The position numbers and the translations under genes were made by a program. The notes under the pieces are model-generated. The model searched no databases and was not told the DNA's origin. It saw nothing but the letters and a program-made list of their open reading frames with translations. Below are positions 26,840 through 36,014 of a DNA stretch of 45,032 nt, piece after piece (the stretch's first letter is position 1; each line of letters begins with the position of its first letter). Source of the stretch: an uncultured Candidatus Saccharibacteria bacterium (GTDB lineage Bacteria > Patescibacteriota > Minisyncoccia > 2-02-FULL-40-12 > IGHO2-01-FULL-4-A); assembly GCA_964367475.1 (NCBI GenBank), contig CAYIXQ010000002.1, forward strand, positions 1 through 45,032, in the 5' to 3' direction.

Positions 26840-26865
26840 GCTCTCATCTCGAGGGCTCTTTTATT
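26840..26865 (+). terminator. Second plus-strand terminator-like hairpin
   Basis: GCTCTC-ATCTC-GAGGGC (one G-U pair) followed by TCTTTTATT. Confidence 0.4.
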
Positions 26866-26915
26866 AAATAATTTGATATGGAGCAAAAATTTATTTTGCA
26901 TTTTTGTATTGTTAA

Positions 26916-27043
26916 ATAGGGCGGATTGGAAACTATTTTGCATGGCTCTGGCGGAGACCGTCGGGCCGGTGTCGGGGTGGAATATGGAGTCCGGCATCCG
27001 GCACCGGCCGGAGCCGGACGGAATAGTCTCCAATCCTCCCTAT
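26916..27043. other. GC-rich, inverted-repeat-bounded structured element (128 bp) upstream of mreB
   Basis: 22-bp arms ATAGGGCGGATTGGAAACTATT / AATAGTCTCCAATCCTCCCTAT (2 mismatches); inner perfect 8-bp stem GGCCGGTG/CACCGGCC. Confidence 0.6.
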
Positions 27044-27086
27044 CTTTGCCTGATACTAAACTTTCTGCTACATTAAATAGTCCAAT

Positions 27087-28136
27087 ATGATGAGTAAACT
27101 CTTTAATTTTTTGTATAAAGATATCGGTATTGATCTGGGTACGGCTAATACTCTGGTTTATGTGCGCGGCAAGGGAATAATTATTAACGAGCCATCTATT
27201 GTGGCCGTCAATCAAAAAACCGGCCAGATCTTGGCTATCGGTCATGAAGCCAGAAAAATGGTGGGCCGCACCCCCGGCTATATTGTAGTCACCAAGCCAT
27301 TAGTGGCGGGCGTGGTGTCTGATTTTGAAGTGACCGAGCAAATGCTCAAATATTTTATTGATCGCGCCCATGAGAAGTCATTTGCCTTGATGCCTCGTCC
27401 TCGTGTCGTGGTTGGCATTCCTGCTGGTGTTACCGAGGTGGAAAAAAGAGCCGTCGAGGACGCCACCTACAACGCCGGAGCTCGTGAAGTATATCTGATT
27501 GAGGAACCCATGGCCGCCGCTGTGGGCGCTAGACTGCCAATTCAAGAAGCCGCCGCCAATTTAATAGTAGATATTGGCGGAGGCACCACCGATGTGGCCG
27601 TTATATCCATGGGGGGTGTGGTCGCCTCGCGTTCATTGAGAATTGCCGGCGATAAACTGACTGAAGATATCAATCGTTTTATCCGTGAGGAACACAATAT
27701 GCTAATCGGCGACTCGACCGCGGAAAATATCAAACTTGCCGTCGGCTCTGCTTATCCACTGGCGGAAGAACTTGTTACGGAAGTGAGAGGCCGTGATTTG
27801 CTCACCGGATTGCCGAAAGAAATTATTGTTAATTCTGATGAAGTACGAAAAGCGATGCACCGATCCATAAAAAGCATAGTTTTGGCGATTCGAAATACCA
27901 TCGAAGAAACCCCCCCAGAATTAATTGCTGATCTGCTTAATCGGAGTATTTTTATCACTGGTGGCGGCAGTTTGTTGCGGGGTATGGATGAATTAATCGC
28001 GTATGAGACTAGACTGCCGGTGAAAATTGTAGATGATCCGCTTACTTCGGTGGTGCGAGGCTGCGGTATAGTGCTTGAACATATTGATTCATTAAAGTCG
28101 GTACTAGTCTGGACACCGAAGGAGGCCTATATCTAA
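27087..28136 (+). CDS. mreB: Rod-shape actin homologue MreB
   Basis: DLGTANTLVYV phosphate-1 and DIGGGTTDVAV phosphate-2 motifs. Confidence 0.97.
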   Translation: MMSKLFNFLYKDIGIDLGTANTLVYVRGKGIIINEPSIVAVNQKTGQILAIGHEARKMVGRTPGYIVVTKPLVAGVVSDFEVTEQMLKYFIDRAHEKSFALMPRPRVVVGIPAGVTEVEKRAVEDATYNAGAREVYLIEEPMAAAVGARLPIQEAAANLIVDIGGGTTDVAVISMGGVVASRSLRIAGDKLTEDINRFIREEHNMLIGDSTAENIKLAVGSAYPLAEELVTEVRGRDLLTGLPKEIIVNSDEVRKAMHRSIKSIVLAIRNTIEETPPELIADLLNRSIFITGGGSLLRGMDELIAYETRLPVKIVDDPLTSVVRGCGIVLEHIDSLKSVLVWTPKEAYI

Positions 28137-28161
28137 GCCGGCCGCCACGCCAAAGTTTGGT

Positions 28162-28980
28162 GTGACGGCCACTGACATGGTGAATGTTAATTTTTACAAA
28201 AGATATTTTTTAATTGTCACACTTTTCGTCTTCATTATTTTACTTAACAAATTTTCTCTAAAACACTTTGTCGAAAATTCCATTTACTTTTTTACTGCCA
28301 GAACCAATCGTCTTCAAGACAATGCTGGATTCATTGTCAGGTTAGGCCGCACGTTACTTAACCTCAATCAGACCGGGGAAGAAAACGCTGCCATAAAGAA
28401 CGAAAATCTATCACTGTTGAGTAAACTAACTCGACTGGAAAGTCTAGAAAAAGAAAATCAACTTTTGCGCGGGCAACTTCGGCAAAGTAAAGAGGCAGGG
28501 CAGGAGCTGATGACTGCTAAAGTGTTCAATATTTCTCGCACTGGCACTGTCTCATTTCTTTTGATTGACAGGGGATCTCGGGATGGAGTCAAAAAATCTA
28601 TGCCGGTTATTTCCGCCGGAAATGTGGTGGCGGGTCTGGTGGAGGAAGTTTATGATCGATCATCCAGAGTTCTGCTGCTGGACGATCCCCGAGTTATTAT
28701 TAGTGTGAAAGTGGGTGCCACTGCGGTCCTGGGCAGTACTCGCGCCAATGCCCACAAGGATTCAAACAGTGAAGTAGAGATTGATCTTATTACCAATAAA
28801 GACCCGGTCGAAGTTGGTGATTTGGTAATAACCAGCGGTTTGGATAAATTTCCCTCATCCCTGATTGTAGGGGAAATTAGTCGTTCTGAATTGAAAGGCG
28901 GTAATCTGTTTAAGTCAGTGACAGCCAACCTTTATTATAATCCTGTCTCCAGTCCGTTACTGTTTCTCATTATAAATTAA
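28162..28980 (+). CDS. mreC: Rod-shape protein MreC (start uncertain: GTG 28162 or ATG 28177)
   Basis: TM helix, coiled coil ENLSLLSKLTRLESLEKENQLLRGQL, beta-rich C-domain; position between mreB and mreD. Confidence 0.85.
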   Translation: MTATDMVNVNFYKRYFLIVTLFVFIILLNKFSLKHFVENSIYFFTARTNRLQDNAGFIVRLGRTLLNLNQTGEENAAIKNENLSLLSKLTRLESLEKENQLLRGQLRQSKEAGQELMTAKVFNISRTGTVSFLLIDRGSRDGVKKSMPVISAGNVVAGLVEEVYDRSSRVLLLDDPRVIISVKVGATAVLGSTRANAHKDSNSEVEIDLITNKDPVEVGDLVITSGLDKFPSSLIVGEISRSELKGGNLFKSVTANLYYNPVSSPLLFLIIN

Positions 28981-29000
28981 TTAGCGCGTGAGTCCTAATA
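28981..29000. repeat. Degraded family-1 TIR remnant between mreC and mreD
   Basis: TTAG-CGCGTGAGTCCTAATAAA; CGCGTGAGTCCTAATAAA matches the right end plus flank of copy C at 17 of 18 positions. Confidence 0.45.
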
Positions 29001-29440
29001 AAATGGATACACCTAAATTTATTACTATAGCATTAACGATTTTTATTTTAGAACGATTTTTCATGTATTTTATTTTTTTACCTGTTTCGTTATTCCCAAT
29101 TTTTTCCATTCTGATCTTAGCCTCAAGCGCTAATTTGTCAAAAGATTTCATTCAAACGTCGGTCGCTATAATTTTTTTCGATATATTTTCAGGCATTACT
29201 TTTGGATTATTTACCATCTCTTTTTTCATTGTTTCCCTATTCATACATTTAAGCCGCGGTTTTATCATGGTTAGTGATAAGTCTGTTATATTTAATTTAT
29301 TTTTTACCTCGTTTTTGGTTTTAATTTTTTATTCGATCTTTTTAACCAAGATTTCGGTAACGGTCTTTTTTCATTTACTACCTCTCTTGTTTATTGAATT
29401 TGCTATTCTGTTTGCGATTTTACAGCTAACCAAAAAATAG
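28988..29440 (+). CDS. mreD: MreD-like polytopic membrane protein (start GTG 28988 or ATG 29003)
   Basis: Very hydrophobic 145-150 aa protein in the mreBCD position; call by synteny. Confidence 0.65.
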   Translation: MSPNKMDTPKFITIALTIFILERFFMYFIFLPVSLFPIFSILILASSANLSKDFIQTSVAIIFFDIFSGITFGLFTISFFIVSLFIHLSRGFIMVSDKSVIFNLFFTSFLVLIFYSIFLTKISVTVFFHLLPLLFIEFAILFAILQLTKK

Positions 29441-29453
29441 AGCTCATATACCA

Positions 29454-31337
29454 ATGACAAAAAAATATCATATTAGAGAAACTGATCGGGCAGATATTGC
29501 GCCGGAAGAGACATTGGCCGACGCTTTGAGTCAGTACTCAACGCTGGAGATGCCCATTGGCAGGGGAGTTTTCAAAATTTTCTACATTTTAGCCATCATC
29601 ATGACCGGTTTTTTGTTTGCAAAATCTTTCGATTTGCAAGTTATTTCAGGCAAACATTATTCAAGCATTGCAAATCGAACCAGTTCCCTTCAGTATTCCG
29701 TACCGGCATTGCGGGGCATTATTTATGATGTTAATGGTAAGCCGCTGGTGGAAAATGTTCCGATTTTTGATCTGGTGGCAATTCATTCTGACCTACCCAA
29801 AACGACTGAAGGAATAGATAATGTCATTTGGGAACTTGAGCCGATTCTTAGTATGTCTCGTGACGACCTCGGGCGGCTTTTCGGGGCTAATAAAAATTCC
29901 GCATCTTTTATTGTTAAGCGATATCTTTCGAAAGAGGAAGTAGCAAAAATCAAAGTCTTTTCTCCCCAGGGCCTATACATTGTAGATAATTTTCAGCGTT
30001 ATTATGTCAACGGCTCCGCCTTTGCGCCGGTGCTTGGCTATACGGCTAAAGTCAACGAAACGGATCTGGAACAAGATGATTATTATTTACTCACTGATCG
30101 GATTGGCCGGCTTGGAGTTGAGAGTATGTATGAAAAATTTTTACGGGGAGAACATCGACAAATTGCTTTGAATAGCAAAACGTCTGATTTAACAGTGACC
30201 AAACCTGGCCACGACCTGACATTGTACCTGGATGAAAAAATTCAGACGCAGCTTTTTCGGGTAATGAATAATGTGCTTAATGCATCCGGTTTGAAGCGTG
30301 GCGCAGCTATAGTGCAAAATCCCAATACTGGTGCCGTGCTCGGACTGGTGAGTTTTCCTGCGTTTGATGCCAATATTTTTGAAAACTATTTTGCCGAAGA
30401 AAACGCCAAGAAAATTAGCAAAATTCTTGAGGATAAAAATAAACCTCTCTTCAACCGCGTGATTAGCGGTCGCTATAGTCCTGGATCAACCATCAAGCCA
30501 TTATTGGCTTTTGCCGGTTTAAAGGAAGGGGTGGTAAAGCCAGATACGACGGTTTTTGCTAATGGTAGTATTTCAGTGCCTAGTAAGTATGATCCGAATG
30601 TGATTTATACCTTTCGCGATTGGAAGGTGCATGGTTTAACCGATTTAAAAAAATCAATCGCTGATTCGGTAGACATATATTATTATGCGTTAGGTGGCGG
30701 TTTCGGTAACATCCACGGACTGGGGGTGGACAAAATTATCCAGTATTACAAAAACTATTGGATCGACCGCGCGTTAGGCATAGATCTAGCCGGTGAAGTT
30801 AACGGCTTTGTGCCGACGGTAAAATGGAAACAGAGTGCGAAAGGTGAGGAATGGTTTGTGGGTGATACATACAATATATCCATCGGCCAAGGAGATTTGT
30901 TGGTTACACCTTTATGGTTAAATGTGTATAACAGCGCTTTAGCCAATGGCGGCAAGCTAATGCGGCCGTTTGTAGTTAAAGAAATAAAAAACGCCGATGG
31001 GGAGTTAATTTATAAAAATGATCCGGAAGTGTTGGTTACCGCGCCATATGATGATAAGCTTATGACCGTGGTGAAAGAAGGTATGAGGCAGACCGTTCTG
31101 TCAGGTACGGCAACGTTGCTTCAGGATTTGCCGCAACCGGTGGCGGCTAAGACCGGTACGGCAGAAATTTCCAACCGGGGTCTAAACTCATTGCTTATTG
31201 TTTTTGGTCCTTATGAGAATCCGATGGTTGCTATGACTATCTTAATTGAAAATGTTCAGGGGCAAGGATTAGCCGTCAGGGTTGCGCATGACTTTCTTTT
31301 GTGGTATTTTAGCCAGCACAATTATCCACAACTATAG
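29454..31337 (+). CDS. mrdA: Penicillin-binding protein 2 (elongasome transpeptidase)
   Basis: SxxK (SPGSTIKP), KTG (AKTGTAE), N-terminal anchor plus pedestal domain; follows mreBCD. Confidence 0.92.
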   Translation: MTKKYHIRETDRADIAPEETLADALSQYSTLEMPIGRGVFKIFYILAIIMTGFLFAKSFDLQVISGKHYSSIANRTSSLQYSVPALRGIIYDVNGKPLVENVPIFDLVAIHSDLPKTTEGIDNVIWELEPILSMSRDDLGRLFGANKNSASFIVKRYLSKEEVAKIKVFSPQGLYIVDNFQRYYVNGSAFAPVLGYTAKVNETDLEQDDYYLLTDRIGRLGVESMYEKFLRGEHRQIALNSKTSDLTVTKPGHDLTLYLDEKIQTQLFRVMNNVLNASGLKRGAAIVQNPNTGAVLGLVSFPAFDANIFENYFAEENAKKISKILEDKNKPLFNRVISGRYSPGSTIKPLLAFAGLKEGVVKPDTTVFANGSISVPSKYDPNVIYTFRDWKVHGLTDLKKSIADSVDIYYYALGGGFGNIHGLGVDKIIQYYKNYWIDRALGIDLAGEVNGFVPTVKWKQSAKGEEWFVGDTYNISIGQGDLLVTPLWLNVYNSALANGGKLMRPFVVKEIKNADGELIYKNDPEVLVTAPYDDKLMTVVKEGMRQTVLSGTATLLQDLPQPVAAKTGTAEISNRGLNSLLIVFGPYENPMVAMTILIENVQGQGLAVRVAHDFLLWYFSQHNYPQL

Positions 31338-31356
31338 CTATATTTTCTAATGGTTG

Positions 31357-31365
31357 TGATATAAT
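31357..31365 (+). promoter_or_regulatory. Extended -10 promoter upstream of greA (about 60-nt leader)
   Basis: TGATATAAT. Confidence 0.45.
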
Positions 31366-31426
31366 CCAAATTTATTAGCCATTAGCGAAGGGGAAGACTC
31401 ATGAGTTTGCCCCTTTAATCATATCT

Positions 31427-31882
31427 ATGTCCCAATATTTTAGTCGCGGAGGGTTAGAAAAATTAAAAAGGGAACTTGAGGAGCGCAAGGGCACTATTCG
31501 GGCAGAAATAACCAAAAAGATCTTAGCCGCTAAGGAATTAGGCGATCTTTCGGAAAATGCTGAATATATTGAAGCCAAAGGAGCCCAAAGTTTTAACGAG
31601 GGCAGAATTGCTGAACTCGAGGAAACCATCAAAGAGGGCGTCATTATTGGCCACAATGAAAAACAAGGCATGGTGACCGTGGGCTCGACGGTGGCGGTTA
31701 AATCCACGCATGGCGAGCAAAAATTTACTATTGTTGGACCAGCCGAGTCCGATCCGATTAAGGGTTTTATCTCTAATGAATCTCCCTTGGGCAGTGCTTT
31801 TATCGGGCACAAAGAAGGCGCGGAAGTGGAAGTAAAGATTCCCAGCGGCATCGTCAAATACAAAATTGTGGAGATAAATTAG
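31427..31882 (+). CDS. greA: Transcription elongation factor GreA
   Basis: N-terminal coiled coil with DLSENAEYIEAK, C-terminal FKBP-like domain. Confidence 0.95.
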   Translation: MSQYFSRGGLEKLKRELEERKGTIRAEITKKILAAKELGDLSENAEYIEAKGAQSFNEGRIAELEETIKEGVIIGHNEKQGMVTVGSTVAVKSTHGEQKFTIVGPAESDPIKGFISNESPLGSAFIGHKEGAEVEVKIPSGIVKYKIVEIN

Positions 31883-32059
31883 CCGGCGAGACAGATTATT
31901 ATTTTTCTCTCTCTTTTTACCTCTCTCATATCTCTATCCTTTCTGGGCGGTTTTTGGGCCACTGCCAGGGCTTGGCAGCTTCGTGTCCCTGTTATAGCAG
32001 AAATATGGTGACTGTCAAGTCTGTCATTTCGTGGTCTTTTTGATATTATTTGGGTAGTT

Positions 32060-33520
32060 ATGCCCCTAAACGAAATTCGCCAAGCTAGATTGGAAAAACT
32101 GAACAAGCTCCAAAAAGCTGGAGTTGATCCTTATCCGGCTAAATCTTGGCGCACGCATGAAATTAAGTCAGTGTTGGCCGATTTTGATAATCTGGCGGCA
32201 GACAAGCGCGCTTTTGTCTTGGTGGGACGGATCATGGCCCGGCGGGAACACGGTGGCTCGGCCTTTTTTGATATTCAAGATGAATCGGGTAAGATTCAGA
32301 TTTTTTTGAAAAAAGATGTATTGGGCGATAAGAATTTTGAATTTTTTATGGAAACAACCGATGTTGGAGATTTTATTGAGATTAACGGCGCACTTTTTAG
32401 AACCAAGCAAAATGAGCCTACCCTGCAGGTTGAGAAATACCGAATGCTTGCCAAGTCGCTTTTGCCCTTGCCGGAAAAATGGCATGGCTTGCAGGATGTT
32501 GAAGAGCGATTTCGGAAGCGCTATTTGGATCTAATTTTCAATCCGAACGTCAAAAAGAAAATTGTTACTCGCGCTAACATCATTGAGTTCATCCGGCAGT
32601 ATCTAATTAAGGATGATTTTATTGAGGTGGAAACGCCGGTATTGCAAACCTTGGCGGGCGGCGCCAATGCCCGCCCGTTTATTACGCACCTCAATGCGCT
32701 TGATATCGACCTATTTTTGCGCATCGCGCCGGAACTCTACCTAAAAAGATTGCTGATCGGGTGTTTTGAAAAAGTTTTTGAGTTCGCCAGAAATTTCCGG
32801 AACGAAGGCATGGACCGTGAACATCATCCTGAATTTACCATGCTCGAATTTTACGCCGCCTATTGGGATTATGAAAAGATGATGACTTTTGTCGAGGGCC
32901 TGCTGGCAGGAGTAGTAAAAAAATTATTTGGTAGCAGTAAAACTAAAATTCAGGCTGGCGAAGTGGATTTCAAGGGACCTTACCCACGAGTGACATTTAA
33001 TGATCTTTTTCAAAAAAATTCCGGTCTTAATTATGATGAGACGGACGAAGCGACTCTAGCTAAAAAAGCCAGGGAATTAAAGATTACCATTGAGAAAACC
33101 ATGACCAAGGGCAATATTGCCGACGAGATTTATAAAAAAGTAGCTCGGCCGAAAATTATCCAGCCGACCTATGTTATTAATCACCCACTTGATATTTCGC
33201 CATTGTCAAAGAAATTAGATAAGGATCCAGAGCACGTTGCCCGCTTTCAGTTAATTGTTGGTGGTATGGAGGTAACTAATGGTTTTTCCGAATTGAATGA
33301 CCCAATTGATCAGAAAGAAAGACTTTTCGAGCAAGAAAGAAACGTTAAAAAGGGCAACAAAGAGGCCCATCAGTTTGACGCTGATTACATTGAGGCAATG
33401 GAATACGGTATGCCTCCCGCCGCCGGTATTGGTATTGGCATAGATCGTTTGGTCGCCCTCCTGACAAATTCGCATTCAATTAGAGAAGTAATTTTGTTTC
33501 CATTAATGAAACCAAAGTAG
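32060..33520 (+). CDS. lysS: Lysyl-tRNA synthetase, class II
   Basis: FRNEGMDREHHPEFTMLEFY motif 2, GIGIGIDRLVALL motif 3. Confidence 0.97.
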   Translation: MPLNEIRQARLEKLNKLQKAGVDPYPAKSWRTHEIKSVLADFDNLAADKRAFVLVGRIMARREHGGSAFFDIQDESGKIQIFLKKDVLGDKNFEFFMETTDVGDFIEINGALFRTKQNEPTLQVEKYRMLAKSLLPLPEKWHGLQDVEERFRKRYLDLIFNPNVKKKIVTRANIIEFIRQYLIKDDFIEVETPVLQTLAGGANARPFITHLNALDIDLFLRIAPELYLKRLLIGCFEKVFEFARNFRNEGMDREHHPEFTMLEFYAAYWDYEKMMTFVEGLLAGVVKKLFGSSKTKIQAGEVDFKGPYPRVTFNDLFQKNSGLNYDETDEATLAKKARELKITIEKTMTKGNIADEIYKKVARPKIIQPTYVINHPLDISPLSKKLDKDPEHVARFQLIVGGMEVTNGFSELNDPIDQKERLFEQERNVKKGNKEAHQFDADYIEAMEYGMPPAAGIGIGIDRLVALLTNSHSIREVILFPLMKPK

Positions 33521-33531
33521 TAGAAACGCTA

Positions 33532-33644
33532 CACTATCATTTTACCACGATTCTCGTCGAAGGTTTCAATCCTTGGCGGGGGACCCATTCCGAAGGAATG
33601 GGGCGCCAAAGGATTGGAATCGCTGTCGTGGTAAAATGATAGTG
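33532..33644. repeat. Family-2 filled palindrome: the 19-bp arms of 9061-9098 enclosing a 75-bp GC-rich nested hairpin
   Basis: CACTATCATTTTACCACGA ... TCGTGGTAAAATGATAGTG; inner stems TTTCAATCCTTGGCG/CGCCAAAGGATTGGAAT and CCCATTCC-GAA-GGAATGGG. Confidence 0.9.
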
Positions 33645-33694
33645 ATCACTTTGGTGGTTTCTTATATAAATTTCTGTTAGTTTTCTAGCCATCA

Positions 33695-34987
33695 ATGCTC
33701 GATATTAAATTTATCAGACAAAATCCGGCGCTGGTTAAGAAGGCCGTTAAAGACAAAAAATCCGCTGGCGATGTGGATAAAGTTTTGGCGTTGGATGAGA
33801 GACGCAGGCATATATTGGTTGAAGTTGAAGGAAAAAAATCTGAGCAAAATAAAAAGTCAAAGGGGAAACCCTTACCGGAGCTAATTGAAGAACTCAAAAA
33901 GCTAAAAGAAGAAATAAAAATCCTCGAAGATGAACTAGGGAATGTGGAGGCTGAGTTGCAAGCTGAAATGTATATAATTCCTAATATCCCGAGCAAGGAT
34001 ACGCCGGTTGGATCTAACGAGTCTGGAAATAAAGTTTTAAGACAAGTGGGAAAATTGCCAACGTTTAATTTTAAGCCCAAAGAGCACCTTGAGCTTGGTA
34101 AAGACTTGAATTATATTGAAATTGAGTCAGCTAGCCAGATCGCTGGTACAAGGTTTGTCTACCTAAAAGGTGATTTGGTCCACTTGCAATTTGCTTTAAT
34201 TCACCTCGCTTTAAGTATTTTAACCGATAAAAAAATCCTCGAGAAAATAGCTAGAAAAAATAGGTTGATTATTAAAGTAAAGCCTTTTATACCGGTTATT
34301 CCACCGGTGTTTATTAAACCAAATATTTTTAATAAAATGGCGCGGCTGGAACCCAAAGAGGAAAGGTATTATATCCCAAGCGATGATATATATTTAATCG
34401 GCAGTGCTGAACATACGCTGGGGCCGCTTCACATAAACCAGGTGATTGACGAAAAAGATTTGCCGATACGTTATGTCGGTTATTCAACTTCATTTAGACG
34501 AGAAGCCGGTTCCTACGGTAAGGATACTAAAGGTATTTTAAGACTTCACCAATTCGATAAGGTGGAAATGGAATCATTTGTTGTACCGGAAGATTCAATC
34601 AGGGAACAGGATTTTTTTGTGGCAATTCAGGAATATTTGATGCAACAGCTCGAATTGCCTTACCAAGTTGTTATAATCTCAACCGGTGATCAGGGTGATC
34701 CAAATGCAAGGCATATTGACATTGAAACTTGGCTGCCAGGCCAAAATCAATATCGTGAAACGCATTCAGCTGATTTGATGACTGATTATCAAGCTAGGCG
34801 TTTATCCACCAGACTGCGCCGGCCAAACGGCCAGCTGGAATTTGTTCATATGAACGACGCTACGGTTTTTGCCATTGGCAGGACGTTGATTGCGATTATG
34901 GAAAACTATCAAACCTCGCAGGGGTCGATTAAAGTGCCAAAGGTTCTCCAAAAATGGATGGGCATAAAGGAAATTAAAAAGAATTGA
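33695..34987 (+). CDS. serS: Seryl-tRNA synthetase
   Basis: N-terminal coiled-coil arm, motif 2 FRREAGSYGKDTKGILRLHQFDKVE, motif 3 region TLIAIMENYQ. Confidence 0.97.
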   Translation: MLDIKFIRQNPALVKKAVKDKKSAGDVDKVLALDERRRHILVEVEGKKSEQNKKSKGKPLPELIEELKKLKEEIKILEDELGNVEAELQAEMYIIPNIPSKDTPVGSNESGNKVLRQVGKLPTFNFKPKEHLELGKDLNYIEIESASQIAGTRFVYLKGDLVHLQFALIHLALSILTDKKILEKIARKNRLIIKVKPFIPVIPPVFIKPNIFNKMARLEPKEERYYIPSDDIYLIGSAEHTLGPLHINQVIDEKDLPIRYVGYSTSFRREAGSYGKDTKGILRLHQFDKVEMESFVVPEDSIREQDFFVAIQEYLMQQLELPYQVVIISTGDQGDPNARHIDIETWLPGQNQYRETHSADLMTDYQARRLSTRLRRPNGQLEFVHMNDATVFAIGRTLIAIMENYQTSQGSIKVPKVLQKWMGIKEIKKN

Positions 34988-35029
34988 GGAATAGGTCATT
35001 GATTCTATTTTTTTATGCTAAACTAAACT

Positions 35030-35839
35030 TTGGCCATTTATAAATATCGGGATCAGCTAAGGCAAAAAAAAAGAAAGCAGAAGTTAATGAAAGTAGCGTT
35101 ACTGCTGGTTATTTTTTTATTTGGCATAGCCGGCCTGGTGTACTTACTATTTTTTGCCGGCCTGTTTGAAGTGAAAACGATTAGTGTCAGGGGTAATACT
35201 ATTGTGCCAACAACCGATATTGAGCGTCCAATCAGGGACTGGTTGGATCAAAAAAAGTTTGGTATTGCCCGAAAATCGAATTCTCTCCTTTTTTCTCTAG
35301 AGAACCTTAGGGCAATCATTTCTGCAAATATTTCCACAATTGATTCCATAAAATCCTCACGGACTTCGCTGCATGAAATTATTTTCGAAGTCACGGAACG
35401 AAAGGCGGTAGGAATCTGGTGCTTTCAACCTGCCTCCGCCTGCTATCTATTCGACAAACATGGCACAATCTATGGGCAAACTTTTTTAACGGACGGGCTG
35501 ATTTATATAACGGTAAAAGATTTTCGTAGCCGAGAGATTAAAATCGGCGATTCAATCGCTGACGAGTTTTACCGAAATATCTTATTAGCCAAAGAAGAAT
35601 TGGTGAAGGCGGGGTTAACTGTTATTGAGTTTTCCATACCGGAAAACTCATTCGCTGAATTCCACGCCAAGGTTATAGGTGAGAATGCGCCGTTTTTAGT
35701 AAAGTTGAGCCAAATGACAAATATTCCGGAACAAATCAACTCACTATCACTATTCCTTAAAAAAACATCTGGTTCTACTCGGGCTCTTAATTTTGAATAC
35801 ATTGATCTACGCATCCAAGATAGGATTTATTATAAATAG
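35030..35839 (+). CDS. ftsQ: FtsQ-like cell-division protein with POTRA domain (start TTG 35030 or ATG 35087); the TAG stop is the first 3 nt of repeat copy C
   Basis: Basic N-terminus, one TM, FEVKTISVRGNTIVPTTDIE POTRA signature. Confidence 0.75.
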   Translation: MAIYKYRDQLRQKKRKQKLMKVALLLVIFLFGIAGLVYLLFFAGLFEVKTISVRGNTIVPTTDIERPIRDWLDQKKFGIARKSNSLLFSLENLRAIISANISTIDSIKSSRTSLHEIIFEVTERKAVGIWCFQPASACYLFDKHGTIYGQTFLTDGLIYITVKDFRSREIKIGDSIADEFYRNILLAKEELVKAGLTVIEFSIPENSFAEFHAKVIGENAPFLVKLSQMTNIPEQINSLSLFLKKTSGSTRALNFEYIDLRIQDRIYYK

Positions 35840-36014
35840 GACTTACGCGCTTGAGCCACGAAGCCCAAGGCTATTAGGGCTTATCGTGGCTCAAGCCACA
35901 AGGGTTTGGCCAATTTCTTTGTTAAAATCTACGTTTGAGACTCGCCGTACCTGCTAGTACGTCTCGTCTCAAGCCTCGATTTTGCCTCGAAATTGGCCAA
36001 ACGCGTAAGTCCTA
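35837..36014 (+). mobile_element. Family-1 MITE-like repeat, copy C (178 bp)
   Basis: Perfect TIRs, flanking direct repeat ATAAA/ATAAA, 2 substitutions vs copy D (35988, 35992). Confidence 0.7.

Noticed and set aside
26916-27043. SRP RNA or RNase P RNA, suggested by GGAGUCCGGC resembling GAAAGUCCGGGC / GUCCGGAAGG
   Set aside because: There is no GGAA/GNAR apical loop with the flanking AGCA motif, no P4 partner strand, and the element is far too short for RNase P.
26800-27245. ORFs of 77 and 133 aa on the minus strand across the proS-mreB spacer
   Set aside because: They run through the GC-rich hairpin element and into antisense mreB. They have no RBS or recognisable motif, so they are artefacts of GC-rich palindromic sequence.
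31399-31863. Long antisense ORFs in the track, for example 154 aa opposite greA, 126 aa at 25398-25778, 131 aa at 33685-34080, 128 aa at 12803-13189 and 126 aa at 4479-4859
   Set aside because: Each is fully nested antisense or out of frame within a strongly supported housekeeping gene. They have low-complexity, Ser/Leu/Ile-rich translations and no RBS, so they are typical shadow ORFs.
33563-33620. CRISPR-repeat-like termini (GTTTCAATCC... and ...GGATTGGAAT) inside the family-2 cargo, with GGATTGGAAAC at 26922-26932
   Set aside because: There are no spacers, no array and no cas genes. The two halves are simply the arms of one hairpin, and the shared strings are only 9-10 nt.
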